Source: Phaeosaccion multiseriatum (Eukaryota; Protista; Ochrophyta, other classes). Taken from it: a stretch of 64,000 nucleotides of DNA. The translations under genes and the position numbers were made by a program. Within the stretch, counting starts at the first letter, position 1, and every line of letters starts with the position of its first letter. The stretch is from the NCBI GenBank assembly GCA_965112735.1, contig OZ218963.1:2232001-2296000 (forward strand), given 5' to 3'. The notes under the pieces are model-generated. The model searched no databases and had not been told where the DNA came from. It saw only the letters and a program-made list of their open reading frames with translations. Below are positions 1-12,736 of this stretch, in pieces.

Positions 1-11
1 GTTTCTTCCAG

Positions 12-1085
12 CTGGAGCGGAGCAACTTTGCCATAGCGGCGGTGGGAGCTGAGCAGCTTCCTGCTCTGAAAATGGCGTTGGAGGGTGCTATGAAGGACGC
101 CGAGTTGGATGTGGTCAAGTTTAGGGCGGACAAGTTCAACTGGACGTCGACATACTTTCAGGGCTGCAGGTACCTCAAGCTCAAGGTTCGGTGCTTTGTT
201 CACCTCAGCTCCATCTGCGTTGAGCTGCAGCGTTACGACGGAGACGCTCTGACCTTCCACATGGTGGTGTCTCGTTTTGTCGCCGCCTTTCGTGGCGCCT
301 ATGCGGAGGTGTACCCCATCGTCGGTACGTACCGCTACCCTTCAGGCGGTCATGTAAGCGCAAAAGCTCCAGCAGCAGCAGCAGCAGGAGGAGGAGGAGG
401 AGGAGGTTGTGGTAGTGCGCTGCGGGGCGCCTACGCTACTTGCGGCAACAAGCTGGAACTCAAGCTGTATCCGGAGCGCCCGACGGCGGATGAGAGCAGT
501 TACTTTCCCTCTCCGCCCCCTCCCCCAACATCGTCGTCGCCGTCTGCTGCGGCTGGTCAGGCCGAGAACGCTGCGAGAATGAATGTGGAGTGCCTTCTGA
601 CCATGGTCCGGAGCAAGTTCCTTGATACGCAGGCGGAGGGAGTGAAGTGCCTTGCGGGCCTGTCGGAGAGGGCAGATGTCCGCGGCCTCTTGTCTGCGTG
701 CGAAGGAGAGCTCAAAACTGCGCCCGAGCTGGCACGTATGCTCAAGTGCGACACTCCCCCCGCCATTCAGCGATTCGCGGTGGTCGTGCTCGCCAACCTC
801 TCGCAAGACGATGACAGCGATATGAAGCAAGTCATGCTGCGTCGAGAACACGGCATTGTCACCGCCCTTGTCGATGTCCTGTTTACGGAAGGGGCCGAGA
901 TTGGCGCCCAACGGGAGTGTGGGCGGGCGCTCGTGAACCTGGCTTCGCGGAGGGCGGCAGCCGAGACCATGAAGGAGACCTATGCAGAGGCCATGGATCG
1001 CCTGCTGGGCCTTCATCCTGACCGTTTTGAGGACCGGGTACTGCGCACTCGCTTGGAGTCGTTCCAAGAGCTGCTGCGGGTGTGA
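12..1085 (+). CDS. Last exon of a 5'-truncated gene: KA1-like domain followed by armadillo/HEAT-like repeats
   Basis: Splice acceptor ttcttccag at 3-11 is in frame with the 347-aa ORF. VELQRYDGDALTFH resembles the C-terminus of a KA1 domain. Helical repeats EGVKCLAGLS, RFAVVVLANLS and RECGRALVNLA are ARM-like. Stop TGA at 1083-1085. Confidence 0.6.
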   Translation: MERSNFAIAAVGAEQLPALKMALEGAMKDAELDVVKFRADKFNWTSTYFQGCRYLKLKVRCFVHLSSICVELQRYDGDALTFHMVVSRFVAAFRGAYAEVYPIVGTYRYPSGGHVSAKAPAAAAAGGGGGGGCGSALRGAYATCGNKLELKLYPERPTADESSYFPSPPPPPTSSSPSAAAGQAENAARMNVECLLTMVRSKFLDTQAEGVKCLAGLSERADVRGLLSACEGELKTAPELARMLKCDTPPAIQRFAVVVLANLSQDDDSDMKQVMLRREHGIVTALVDVLFTEGAEIGAQRECGRALVNLASRRAAAETMKETYAEAMDRLLGLHPDRFEDRVLRTRLESFQELLRV

Positions 1086-1316
1086 GGGGCAGCCACGACC
1101 ACGGACCACGACCATTTACCGCTGCCTCGGGCACTTCAGTATCATTTTCCTTTTCCCCTCCTGATGCATGTTTTCTTCAATTCGCAGTTGTTCCGTCACA
1201 TGTCTCTTTCTTACCCCCATGGAAGGGAAATGAGCAGTTCATTCTGCAGTGTTGAAAAACCATGTTACATTGTTACACCATCGAACTCTCTGACTTTCTG
1301 TACCATCTTCACACAG

Positions 1317-1362
1317 CTTGCTGGCTGATGCAGTCGCTGCTTGCTGGCTGATGCAGTCGCTG
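1317..1362. repeat. Perfect 23-bp tandem duplication (CTTGCTGGCTGATGCAGTCGCTG x2)
   Basis: Directly visible between the convergent 3' ends of gene 1 and PLAA. Confidence 0.85.
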
Positions 1363-1399
1363 CTACTGCCCGAAGCCAGGGAGAGAGAGAGAGAGAGAC

Positions 1400-4300
1400 C
1401 TAGAGACACCGGATCACCTCCTCAGCCGCCTCGGAGAACTCTGACCCACTCAGCGACCTGATTGTGTTGGTAATCTCCACGTCGGCAGCTGTGGACTTGG
1501 CCACCGTCTCCACTTTGGACGACTCCGAGTCCGCGGCCAGCAGGGTACCGAGTGCCACTAATGCCCTGTACTTGCCGTCATCCTCCATAGTGCTCGAGCT
1601 CAACACCTCCTCAATCACCGCCACGAGCTGCTGCACCACCGATGCCTCTGAGTATTCCGGTACATCACCACCGCTGTATGCCCCCGCCCCCCCCCCCCCC
1701 GCCACCACGACAAGCCAGTGCCATGCGCTCCACCTCCGGCGATGTGACGGCCACAGCCAAATTGAGCAGAAGCGATGCGAGGGAGAGGCGAATGGTCTTG
1801 TTCGTGCTACCCACGTGCTCGGCAAACGTGTCAAGCAGGGCCGGTGCGAACCGCATCACGAGCTGGCGAGGGGTGGCGGCCTTGAGCAAGTTTACAAAGA
1901 ACCGGATGCCGCACAAGATCACGCCCACGGACTCCCGCCCCTCTCCGCACCGCTCAAGCACGGCCTTGACGAGATTGGGCCCATCAGTGGGGCCACCCAT
2001 TAGCTTTGCCCCTGCTGGATGGACGGCTGCTAAGCGACACAAGTCGATGCAGGGGAAGACATCCTCCAGCGGCCATTTGGATACAACGTGCACCAGCATG
2101 CGCAGCTCGGCCGGGGTCACCTCCGTGGCGTGATACAAGCTCGTGTTGGATAGCGTCGTGGACAGAGAATTCAGAGCCTGCGTGTGGGCCGCCGAGAGAC
2201 AGCCCGGGTTGTCATCCCCGCCGGCCCCGCTCGCCGCACTGAGCTCCCGGATCTTGGCCACAACCTTATCTAGACTGCCTGTCTCAAAGGTGGTGTACAC
2301 CTTGTGCGGGAGGAGCTTTAGACTCATCGCCCGTGCCTTGGATGACGACAAGGACGACGGTGGCATGGGCAGAGAGGTTGCAAACCCCGTGGGGTCGCCT
2401 ACCCCGTCAAAGCCACCTCCTCCCGAAGCCCCTCCCCCTCCTCCTCCCGAAGCCCCTCCCCCTCCTCCACCCTCCATGCCCAACATTGGCCCACCCGGCT
2501 GCTGAACTCGTTTGGATATGTAGTCTGCGATCTGGCCCAGGTAAGACTGGGGTAACTCGTGTTTGTCAATGAAGGTTTGTGCCGTCGTGAACGGGTTGTC
2601 GCCGTTGTTCACGCCGATTTGCAGCTCTTGCACCTGTGGAAGCACGAAGCGAAGTAGCAGGCAGAGTTTTTTTGTTTTGTTTCAGGGTGTGGCGTGGCAG
2701 CAAGCACACCTCTGTCTTCCTCTTCTGATCCCCCCCCCCCTCCCCAAGTCCCTCCATCCATCCAACAGAGGAAATATCCGCCGCAATACCTCACCTGCCC
2801 CGCCGCTGCCTCTACTTCAATCTTGAAGACGTGGTCGTAGCTCTGTCCATCCAAAGACTCCTTGCTGGACGATCCAGTAACCTCCCCGATCTCCACCCAG
2901 GCTGCACTGCTGCTGCTCCACTGCGCCGCAATCGCCTTTGCATCTCTCTGGAACAGCTGCACCTGTCCCTCGCTGGAACCAACCTGCGCGAGCGAGGGGT
3001 GAATGCACAACGTCAATGCTTGGGAGGAACGCCTAGCATCAAGCATTCTTGGTGTCTTGTCTTGCCACACGCGAGCTAGACGGGCAACTAGACACATGGA
3101 AGCGACTTCAGGCGGAAACAGAGAGGCAGATAGATCGACAGGAGAGATGGATGAGGTAAGCGCCGTAGCGATCTCAGTCACCAGACCCCTGATCGCCACC
3201 ATCCGAAGCTTGCAACGCCAAAGGTACAGGGAGGCCGGAATCCCAAAAGCCAGCCTACCCAACCGAATCAAAACCATGCCTAATCAATACCTTCGCGTTC
3301 CGCCGGTCCCAGTGAGGTAGTTTGCTCACTTCGGCGTCGCTGGGGCCCTTCTGCGACTGGGTGGCTGCCTCTTTGACTGCGTCATCAAAGGCAACGATAA
3401 CATCCGCTGCCGCCAGACGTTGCGGATCGCGAGAAAATACCCGAATCACGTGATCCTGCAAGAGCCGGAGTTGGAGGGGAGGGCGTAAGTCGGTTGACAT
3501 CAAAGACGTGCGCTGTCAAGTTGCCCACTGTCAAGCTGCTATCAGGATTTCTCAACCCCCCTCCCTCGTCCCCCTTTTTCGAGCTCGTTCCCCACACACA
3601 CACACACACACACACCGCCTTGAGAAATGACCGCTCTCCATATCGGCCCTAAATCGGTGGAGTGGTGGGACTGCTTTCTATTGGCCCCCGGCCGGTGGGA
3701 GATGGAAGAAGATTTTCATCACACTTCCCCGCCCCCTCCCCCACTCCCTCGTCAACTCTTGTGCCCACCTGACAGCCAGTTGCAAAATCCCCATTTGGCA
3801 GCGCTACGCAGCACCAGAGCGAAGCCGGGTGGGCAATGGTCTGCAGGGCCTCTGATCCACTCCACACCATGCAGACACCGCTTTCGTCCACAGATACAGC
3901 TTCCTGCCCCCCCCCCTGGAGGACGCAGCCACCGAGTACAAAGGTTGGGTGTCCTTCCCGAGTTGGGGGGTGCTGCATCGAGGCCAAGAGATCTCCCTCT
4001 AGCGACCACAGCTTGACGCTGCCGTCATTGGACGTGGACATGAAGCCCTGGATGAAGGTCGGGTGGAGGAAGAGAGGGAGGAAGGGAGAGGGCCCGCCCA
4101 ATTGGAAGCGAGGCAGGAGAAAGAAGCGGTGCAAAGGAACGAGAGGGCCGATTTGTGGTTAGGATCGGTCAGGGCCGACCGCAGGTTTCCGCTTCCCCAG
4201 CTTCCCCACAGGTGGGTGGCCGCAAATCGAAGCCTCACCATTCCGGGCATGACGTCGAGACACCGCACCCCTGCGCCGTGGTCCTTCATGGACCTCTTCT

Positions 4301-5298
4301 TCTGCCCGTCCTGAGAGAGAAGGGGAAACAGTACACCAACACAACAGAGGGGAAGGGGCAGCGTTACGATACAACACGGTGTTGCGTTGGCTCTGCGCTT
4401 TCGTTCTTCGTACGGTTGGTATGGAGACACCTCTTCCGGCCAGCAATGTCTTTCGTTCTCTCCCTCCCTCATGCTCTCTCTCTCTCTTGTTGTCCTGTCT
4501 CACCTTGCCCCACAGCCTGATTTGAAAGTCCACAATCCCGTTACCCGACTGCACGCCAGTGCTCCCTGTCACCATGCCCCCGTCGGGCAGGCCAAGCACG
4601 CACACTGCATTTTCGTGTCCCTCCAAGGTGCCCACACAAGTGCCGCTGCCGTTTTCCAAGTCCCATAGTTTGGCTGTGCCGTCCCAGCTCCCGCTGAGGA
4701 GATAGCCGGAGGCGGTCCAGCTAAAAGAGATGATTCCACCCTCATGCCCCGTCAGGGTCCGCGTGCAGGTCCCCTCGTTGTCAAATAAGCGTATCTTCTT
4801 GTCCAAAGACCCCGTAATAATTGACGCCCCGCCGCCAACACCTTTGTCCTTGAGGCGCTTGGGTATTGCCGTGGTGGCCACTACCCAGTGATCGTGGTTG
4901 GCGAGCGTGGGACCCATCTCAAAGTACACCCCCCCTCCTGCTTCTCCCCCTCCTGCCGCTGCCTCGCTCGCCTTGGGCAGCCACACTTTCCCGGTTGCAT
5001 CCTGTGACCCCGAGACTATGGGGCAGTATCCGCCCACCGCGCTGTTGTCCATAGCCCCGACCTTATCCGGCAAATAGCACAGTGCCCTGACCTGTTGTTG
5101 AATACGCAGCACGAGAGGGAGGGAAACGTGTTACAGCAGGGAGGACGCCCGCTTTCCCTTCAATTTTATAAACAAGGAACGCGAGATGTTCCCTCCCGCC
5201 CGAATTGAACATCAAGTACTCACCGGGCCGCCGTGTCCGTGGATCTCTGCACTGAGCGCGAACTGCGCCCCGCTCACCCCCTCCATCGCGGTTGCCAT
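1400..5298 (-). CDS. PLAA: Phospholipase A2-activating protein / DOA1 / UFD3 (WD40 + PFU + PUL), 7 exons
   Basis: WD40 repeats (GHEGGIISFSW, LLSGSWDGTAKLW, GHENAVCV, SLWCCVALPNGDFATGCQ|DHVIRVFS). PFU (YDHVFKIEVE, GDNPFTTAQTFIDKHELPQSYLGQIADYI). PUL (WPLEDVFPCIDLCRL, YRALVALGTL). GT-AG exons approx 5224-5298, 4504-5092, 4239-4311, 3769-4047, 3291-3455, 2796-2983, 1400-2633. Confidence 0.93.
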
Positions 5299-5483
5299 GG
5301 CTGCTGCTCCTCCCTCCTCTCCACTATACACAAGGGTAGGGAGAGAGAGAGAAGAAAACAAGAAGAATTTAAATTTGAGCTGTTCCCCTTTTGTTCACCG
5401 CCCACCCACACCACCTTCCAGAACATCTTATACACAAGAACTCCTTCCCAGAAGAAAGAGGGAGTACTGCCCAAGGCAAGGCA
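5299..5483. promoter_or_regulatory. Probable bidirectional promoter between PLAA and FCBP
   Basis: Only 185 bp separate the divergent ATGs at 5298 and 5484. Confidence 0.55.
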
Positions 5484-8400
5484 ATGTCAGCCATGGTGGA
5501 TGCGGGTCAAGATTGGATCGACATCTCTGGAGATGGGGGAATTTTGAAGAAGATCCTCCAGGAAGGTCAATTGCCTCCGCCTGGGGGAGAGGAGGCAGCT
5601 CCAGCCACCCCCCCACAGGGCTATGAAGTCGTCGCTCACTACACAGGCACGCTTGAAGATGGGACCAAGTTCGACAGCTCGCGGGATCGAGGACAGGTGT
5701 GGTGCTGGTGCGGAGAGGAACTGAGGATAGCGGAAGTGGAGGGGACTGAGGTATATATGTCTCTCGCAGTCTGGCATTCTGGGCGGGGGACATCAGCCAT
5801 ACAGTGTAGAAATTGCTCGGCTTGCTTGTGCTGCTTGTGCTGCTGCTCTTGGTGCTGCTTGTGCTGCAGCTTTTGCTGCTCGTTGACCAATCCCTTTTCC
5901 CTCTCTTGTGTCTTTTTGTCGCCGTTCTGACGGGTACAGGAGTTCAAATTCATGATCGGGCAAGGCAGTGTGATCAAGGGATGGGACGAAGGCTTTGCGA
6001 CCATGAAGAAGGGCGAGAAGGCCATCCTCAAGTGCAGGGCAGGTGCGCAGGGAGTGTTCGGCCCTCCCTCCCCCTCCCACTCTTACGCTTGAATGACCCC
6101 GTCTCCTTGCTGTACCTCTGTGTGATATATATCTGAACTGGAACTGCAAAGACTACGCTTACGGGGATTCGCCACGTCCGGGCGGACCCATCAAGCCTGG
6201 GGACACCCTGCTCTTTGACGTCGAGCTCATCGACTTCCACCCCAAGAAGAAGGAAATGTGGGAGTTGAGCCCTGCCGAGAAGCTCAAGGAGGCCCAGAAA
6301 CTCAAAGAGGAGGGAACAGGTCCGTCCTTGCTTTGGTTTGGGGTGTTTGCGAAAAAAGAGCCTATTTTGGTCTCACTTTGGGTAGCAGGTTGCCTCACAC
6401 TCAAGACGCGTATGAGACAAGGTCGTTCCGTGCTCAGTTGCTGCTGCTGCTTGCTCCAGTCTTATTCAAGGAGAAGTCGTTCGATGCGGCGGCAGCCAAG
6501 TACGCAGAAGCAGTCAAATACGCGGAGGGGGGGAAGGAGGACTTTGATAGCAGCGACGACGGAGAGGAGGGCGCGGAAACCTCCAAGACCGAAGGGAGCA
6601 GCGGGACGGAAGCTGCCACGCTCGTGCTTTCCTGTCTGCTTAACGCGGCGCAATGCCACCTCAGCTCCAAGAACTGGGGAGAGGCGGCGGCAACGGCCAG
6701 CAAGGCGCTTGACAAGGACGGGGAGAGCGTCAAGGGCCTATACAGGAGGGCAGTGGCAAGGAGGCATATGGGCCTGATGGACGAGGCCAAAGCCGACCTG
6801 CTCGTGGCGTACAAGCTAGACGGAGGCAACAGCGCAGTCAAGAAGGAGCTGCAGGTCATCAAGGAGATGGTTAAAGAGGCCAAGAGGAAAGAAAAGCAGG
6901 CCTTCGGAGGACTCTTCGGAAAGGTATATGGGTTCTCTCCTTTCCCCCCTAAAGCACTCATCATGGGTGCATCGCTTTTTGTTGGGTACAGGGAAGAGGA
7001 CCGCAAGGGTGGGGCTCATCGAACATAAGGTCAACGGGACATACTCAACCTGCCTTGTCTCATTCTTCTCTTCCCCTCCCTCTCTTTTGTGTTTGTGCCT
7101 CCCAGGTGTCCATGTACGGCGACAAAGAGGAGCTGGCGGTGGCCTCGGGACCGCTGGAGAGCGACCCCAAGGTCTTCTTCGACATCACTATTGGTGCGTA
7201 GCCCTGAAAAACTATACGGTGCTTACTACCTTTAGTTTCTTGTTGAGCTACTCACGGGCCAGAGTCCGTCAAGCCCGTCCCTCTGGAACCCTCACGCCAG
7301 CCTCTCGCCCCTCTTCCTTCCCTTTGCCCTCGGTACCCAACTGTGTGCTCGATGTGCGGCGTGTGGAGCACAGGCGGAGAAGCAGCGGGCAGGATTGTCA
7401 TGCAGCTCTTCGCAGGCTGCTGCCCCAAAACCGCAGAGAACTTTCGCCAGCTGTGCACCGGACAGAACGCCGGCAAGCACTACAAGGGCTCCACTTTCCA
7501 CAGAGTCATCAAAGACTTTATGTTACAGGGGGGAGGTGCGTTGAATGCTTTGTGTTGCGTTCAGTTGTGTTCCCTCCTTTTGTGGACCGTGGCAGTGGCA
7601 GGTCCTCATTGCCTTTCCTTTTGAGCAATGCTGTCTTATCTGTGCTTCTGCTCTTGTTTGTGTCATACATAACGTGTCTTCCATGCATTGATAAGCGTTG
7701 GCCTGCCTCCCTGTTCTTGTTGGTGTTGTTGTGCGCTAATCTACTTGTACCTCCTCCTCCTCCTCTTGTTGCCCTGTCCTCCCTTCGTGTGTGTACACCG
7801 TGCTTGACATACACAGACTTTACGCGCGGGGACGGAACGGGTGGCGTGTCCATTTACGGCGAAAAGTTCAAGGATGAAAACTTTGTGATGAAGCACACGG
7901 AGGCCGGGCTGCTGAGCATGGCCAATGCAGGGCCCAACACGAATGGCTCCCAGTTCTTCATTACCGTCACTGACACCCCTCATCTCGGTACGGACAACAT
8001 GCGGGCAACGGGCACGTCATGTTGCGGGGAAGACGCTTTCCTTGCGGGGGGGGGGGGGGGGGGCTTTCGTCCCCGGGGGGTACGGGCGGGGGGGAGGAAG
8101 CAAGTTGGTCTCTGGTGTGGGGGTGAGAGGAGGGGGCACCAAGGATTGATGAGGGTGGGGTAGGTGGTGTGAATTGTTCCCATCTTCTCCGGACCTGTAG
8201 AAAAATGTGTGTTTGTGTATTTTGTAGCTATTTCTTGTTGTTCCCTTCTGTGCAATCGCAAACCTCGCTCGCGTCGCGTTGGACGCCACCTACGAACACG
8301 ACACACACACACACACCACACACACCACACACACCCTATCCTATGATCTCTGACCCCTGACTGACTGACTGACTGGCCGTGCGACGAACCAACCTCTCCT

Positions 8401-8647
8401 GCCTTTGCTCACGGGTGTTCTGTCTTTGAAATGCACAGATGGAAAGCACGTTGTGTTCGGCAAGGTAGTGGAGGGGATGGACTTGGTGAAGCGGATCGAA
8501 CTGCTGGACACTGAGAACGACAAGCCCAAGGAGGACGTGGTCATTGCGGATTGCGGAGAGATGCCGGCGGGGACGGGGTCGGACAGAGAGGGAAGTGAAG
8601 AGACCACAGCAGCAGCAGCAGAAGAAGAGCCGATGGCGGAAGACTAA
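5484..8647 (+). CDS. Dual-family immunophilin FCBP: FKBP domain + TPR repeats + cyclophilin domain, ~8 exons
   Basis: FKBP: [22 protein letters not shown]|[46 protein letters not shown]: [27 protein letters not shown]. Cyclophilin: [42 protein letters not shown]|[31 protein letters not shown]|[10 protein letters not shown]. The domains join through canonical GT-AG introns. Confidence 0.9.
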
Positions 8648-9123
8648 CGTACGCGGACCACAGTGTGGGGAATCGTTCATTGGATGGAGTTGTTTCAAGG
8701 AGCAGGGATTGAATTCTTTCGCTCCATCTGCCCTGTTTCCTCTTTTTCGTAGCTTGTGTATTTCCCGTCCGGGAAACCAGAGAGGGATTCCATTATGCGC
8801 CGTTGTCGCACCTTTCTCGAAAGGCTCCTCTATGCTGCCTGAGACAGCAGACGGGGTGCCCTTGTCTCCGAGGGGCAGCAGCAACCTACACTCACTTCTG
8901 TGTTTGCCGCGCACATTTCTCACGTTTCGTCGCTTCTGCCGTACACAAAGCGTGTGTTCGTAATTAATAGTGGAACTAAAAATGAAGAAGGAAAAAAAAA
9001 GGGTAACCCATGCGCTCTTTCCCCGCCCGTAGGTAGGCAGTTGGTCATCTTCCGCGCCCCTCCTCTCCCCAACCCCACAGTACACCCACGGGCGCCAACG
9101 AACCTTTCCCTCATGACCCCTTC

Positions 9124-9141
9124 TCACTCCCTGCTCACATT

Positions 9142-9172
<31 letters not shown>

Positions 9173-12100
9173 GCGGTGGTGGTGCTGCTGTTGCCCTCAT
9201 CAGCGCCCCTAAAGGCTCTGCGCAGCAATTGCATCAGCGGGGAGAGAGGGCTGGCGCTGGTGACGCCTCTGCTTTGAGTGGAATCTGAAGCGCTGCTGCT
9301 GCTGCTGCTGCCACTGGCAGTAGTGACACTCTCGGCCCCAGCCGTGGGAGCTTCTCCTGCTGCAGCGGGAAGCGCATGTGCGTGCGCCTCTGATCTCGTA
9401 GATGCCATAGCTGCTGCAGACGAGCCTCGCACCGCCACTGGCGACGCCGCCGCCGATAAAGCACCATCACCACCTGCTGCAGGACGGACAGGTGCTGGCG
9501 TTGATGCTGGGCGCTGTGCCACTACTGGTGCTGTTGCTGTCGCCGCTTCCGTGCTTCCAGCGGCGGTCTGCGGGCGTTCCACGCCTCTTGCGGTGTCTCG
9601 TAGAGGCACAATAGCGTGGATGTGAATGTCAATGTTGCTAGCCTGAGTAGGAGCGGAGGTGATGAGCTGCCGAAAGACATGGTCTGGCGATAACGACCTC
9701 TCAGGCCGCCTTGGCACCAAGTGCGCGTTGGGTCCCACTACCCTGGTGGTCCTCTGATTCCTCACACTCGCATCACTTCCGCTGACGCCTCTGCTTCCAT
9801 CTCTCCAGCCACGCGTTTCCCAATGCACCACCCGCGGCCTTCGGTTTCCAGTCCTGTCGCCGCCGACATCAGGCGTCCTACTTCCCCTACCAACGCGAGC
9901 ACGAGAAGACGCCGCTGGCGATGTGCGCGCAGCTGCTTCTCCTTCCACTTCCCCTTCTCCTGCCGTTGCTATTGCTACTTGATCCCTTCCTCCGATGCCA
10001 TCCTCTTCGGTCTCGCTGAGGTGCACCAAGTGGGGAGCCAAATCTGTTAGCATTCTTCCCAACCGATCCAAGAGGGGCGCTACGTCGCGGGCCAGTGCAA
10101 GCCTGTTGCTGCTGCTGCCGCTGCGGCTGCTTCCAGCATCGACACCACCAGTCCCGCTTCGGAGTGGCTCCTCCTCTCCCTCTCTTTCTTCCTCCGTCGG
10201 CCATGCTGTAGGCATCTCTGACCTGTTGTCTCGCCTGCCACGACTGCTATTTGGCCTGTAGCAGCGGTGCGGCCACGGCAGATTCTTAGCCCGGACACCG
10301 CGACCATTCCCTCGGGTATTGGCGCCACCGCTGGTAGTGCCTGCTGCTGCTGTTACTCTTGCTGCTCCTGCTGCCCCTCCTTCAGACTCGCCGATATCGT
10401 CCTCTTCCTCATCCTCCTCACCAACTTCTTCGAGATCGGGCACGTACATGTCTGCCAAACTACGCACGAGGGGCTGGATCTGCCCCAGCATATTCTCCAC
10501 ATCAGGAAGCAGCACCCTGCAAATAACCGCAACAAAAGAAGAAAATGGTTCGTCTCGGCATGGCGGATAGAAAAAAAAGGGGGGGGATGAAGGGAACAAC
10601 CCTCAAATCCTCGCGTGAAAAACTCCCGCACCCCACATATATACCCCTTATTGGTGCGTATTACGCACCTGACATCGTCAACACCAGTGACGGGGGCGCC
10701 CTGCTCAAGTGACTGCGGGTAGGGCGACACGTGGAGGGGTGAGGGCGAGTGCAGAGTGCGCGTCCGGAAGGGCGAAATCCGAGGCGAGTCCCACGAGAGC
10801 CACTCATCCCACCTGTCCGGCCACCCGTTGTAGTGGACGAGCATCCTGCAGGAGTAAGCAACAGGGTGCGAGCGAGCGAGCGAATGTGTGTGTGTGAGGG
10901 GGGTGCGTGTTAAGCAACAAGGGAGAGAGAAACGAGCTGCGAAAGTAGACGCCAACACGTGCCCTCGGCAGTCCCCTGATAGGCCAAACTCTCGATGCAA
11001 CATGCCGCCTTCCTCTTGGGATCCCCACACTCTCCCTCTCTTGCGGTTGCCAAATATCCCCACGCTATTGCACTCACTCGCTATCGCCATTGAAGGTCCG
11101 AATTTCGATGATGGTTGCCTCCAGCCATTGGTTCACAGAGTCCTTCACGTCGAGCCATTGGCCCACAAAGAAGCGTCGCCCGGCGAACCTCCTGCGCGAA
11201 AGATTGACCATCGCAGCACTGCTCGCACGCTCGTCTCCTCCTTCGCTCACGAGACTGAGCAGTGCGGAGTCTTCCTCGTCTCGCTCCTCCTCCTCCTCAT
11301 CCTGCTCCTCCTGCTCCTCCTCCTCCTCGTCGTCGTCGTCTTCCCCTCCGCCTTGCTCGTCCTCATCGTCCTCGTCCTCGTCCTCGTCCCCCCCTTCATC
11401 TTCATCAGCCTCCTGCTGCGCTTCCTGACCACCACCGACCTCGACAGTCAAGTCTGGCTGAGAGGGCCTGGCGACGCCGAGGCTGGCTTCGCGTGCCTCT
11501 CTCGGTCGTCCCTCCACGTCTGCGCCCGGCTCGGCTGCGGCCACTTCACCTCTACAACCTCCCCCCATTTCTGATTGTGACTCTGCTGCTGAGACCACAT
11601 TTATCGACGATTCTTCTCCTTCGCTGGCAGCGACTCCTCCCCCCTCCCCTGTTCTCCCTTGGTTCCCCCGTTCCAAGCCTGCCTCCTCCCCTGGCATGCC
11701 GCTCAGGCCTGACATCATGGTGTGCAGTGTCAGCAGCCCCTGCCTCAGGTGTTCCAGCCCACCACCGCCACCGCCAGCGTCCTCCCCCTCCTGCTGCCGC
11801 TGCTGCTGCTGAGTGGTGCCTGGACTGAGGCGCATGGGCCTACCCCCTGCCTGCGGCATGAGCGCCAACGCCGGCATCATCATCCCTGCTGCTGCCATAG
11901 GGCCCATCATTCCGCCAGCAGCGGAAGCATCCGCACCAGCACCGGCACGACCCCGGCCTCCTCCTGCTCGAGGACCCATTGCCTGCGGGGAAGCTGCCTG
12001 CTGGGCCTGCGGAGCAGCCGAGGCCCCGCCCTCGTTGACCTCACTCGGACGGGGCCTCACCACCATGTGCATAGCATGACCCGTTTGGACATTGTGGTCG

Positions 12101-12488
12101 CTTAGCAAGTCCGTATCCTGGAGAACCTTGCCGCGGTAGATGAGGCGTTGCCGCTCAGCAGGCACTTCGGTGTGCTCCTGTTCCGCGAGAGGGGGGGGGG
12201 GGGTGCGGAAAGGGAAGGCCGCGTAAGAAAGGCGGAGATGAAAAGCCCGCGAGTAAGTAAGCGCGCGAGCAAAAGATGACAGAGTTTCCCACGCGTACGG
12301 CGTCGACGTCCCCCTCCCGCTCCCTCAGAGCGCACCTTAATAAGGACTTTGAGGCTCAACACAAGAAGGTCCTTCCGCACCCTGAAGGGGAAGACTTCCT
12401 CGTTCAGCGTCCGGATTTTGATGTCGATCAGGTCCTCCGCCTGGCCCTCCGCCGCAGCCATAGCGGAGGCTTCCTCCTCCCTGCTCAT
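9124..12488 (-). CDS. BAG6/Scythe-like ubiquitin-domain protein with an internal Tudor/MBT-like module, 4 exons
   Basis: N-terminal UBL (IDIKIRTL, LKVLIK|EHTEVPAERQRLIYRGKVLQD, HAMHMVVR). Aromatic-cage module GQWLDVKDSVNQWLEATI..|MLVHYNGWPDRWDEWLSWDSPRISPFRTRT. BAG6-like motifs PLLDRLGRMLTDLAPHL and NIDIHIHAIV. Exons approx 12336-12488, 11078-12177, 10669-10845, 9124-10516. Confidence 0.8.
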
Positions 12489-12736
12489 TTGTCGAGATCG
12501 GAGTCAAGAAAAGGTACGTAAGTCAATGATAAAACGAGCGTTACGTAACCTTACGAGGGGGGGGTCTGAGCTTTGATTTCCCTTTGAAGAGCCCCCTAGA
12601 GCCTAACGAGCAGCCCTCCATTGATGGACATCACGCCCCTCGTGTATACACATATATTTTTCAAGAGGGTGGTGCATGGTCTCGCGTGAAGTAACGGAGC
12701 AAGCTGAAGGGAACCCCAAGGGGTTTGAGGATTGAA

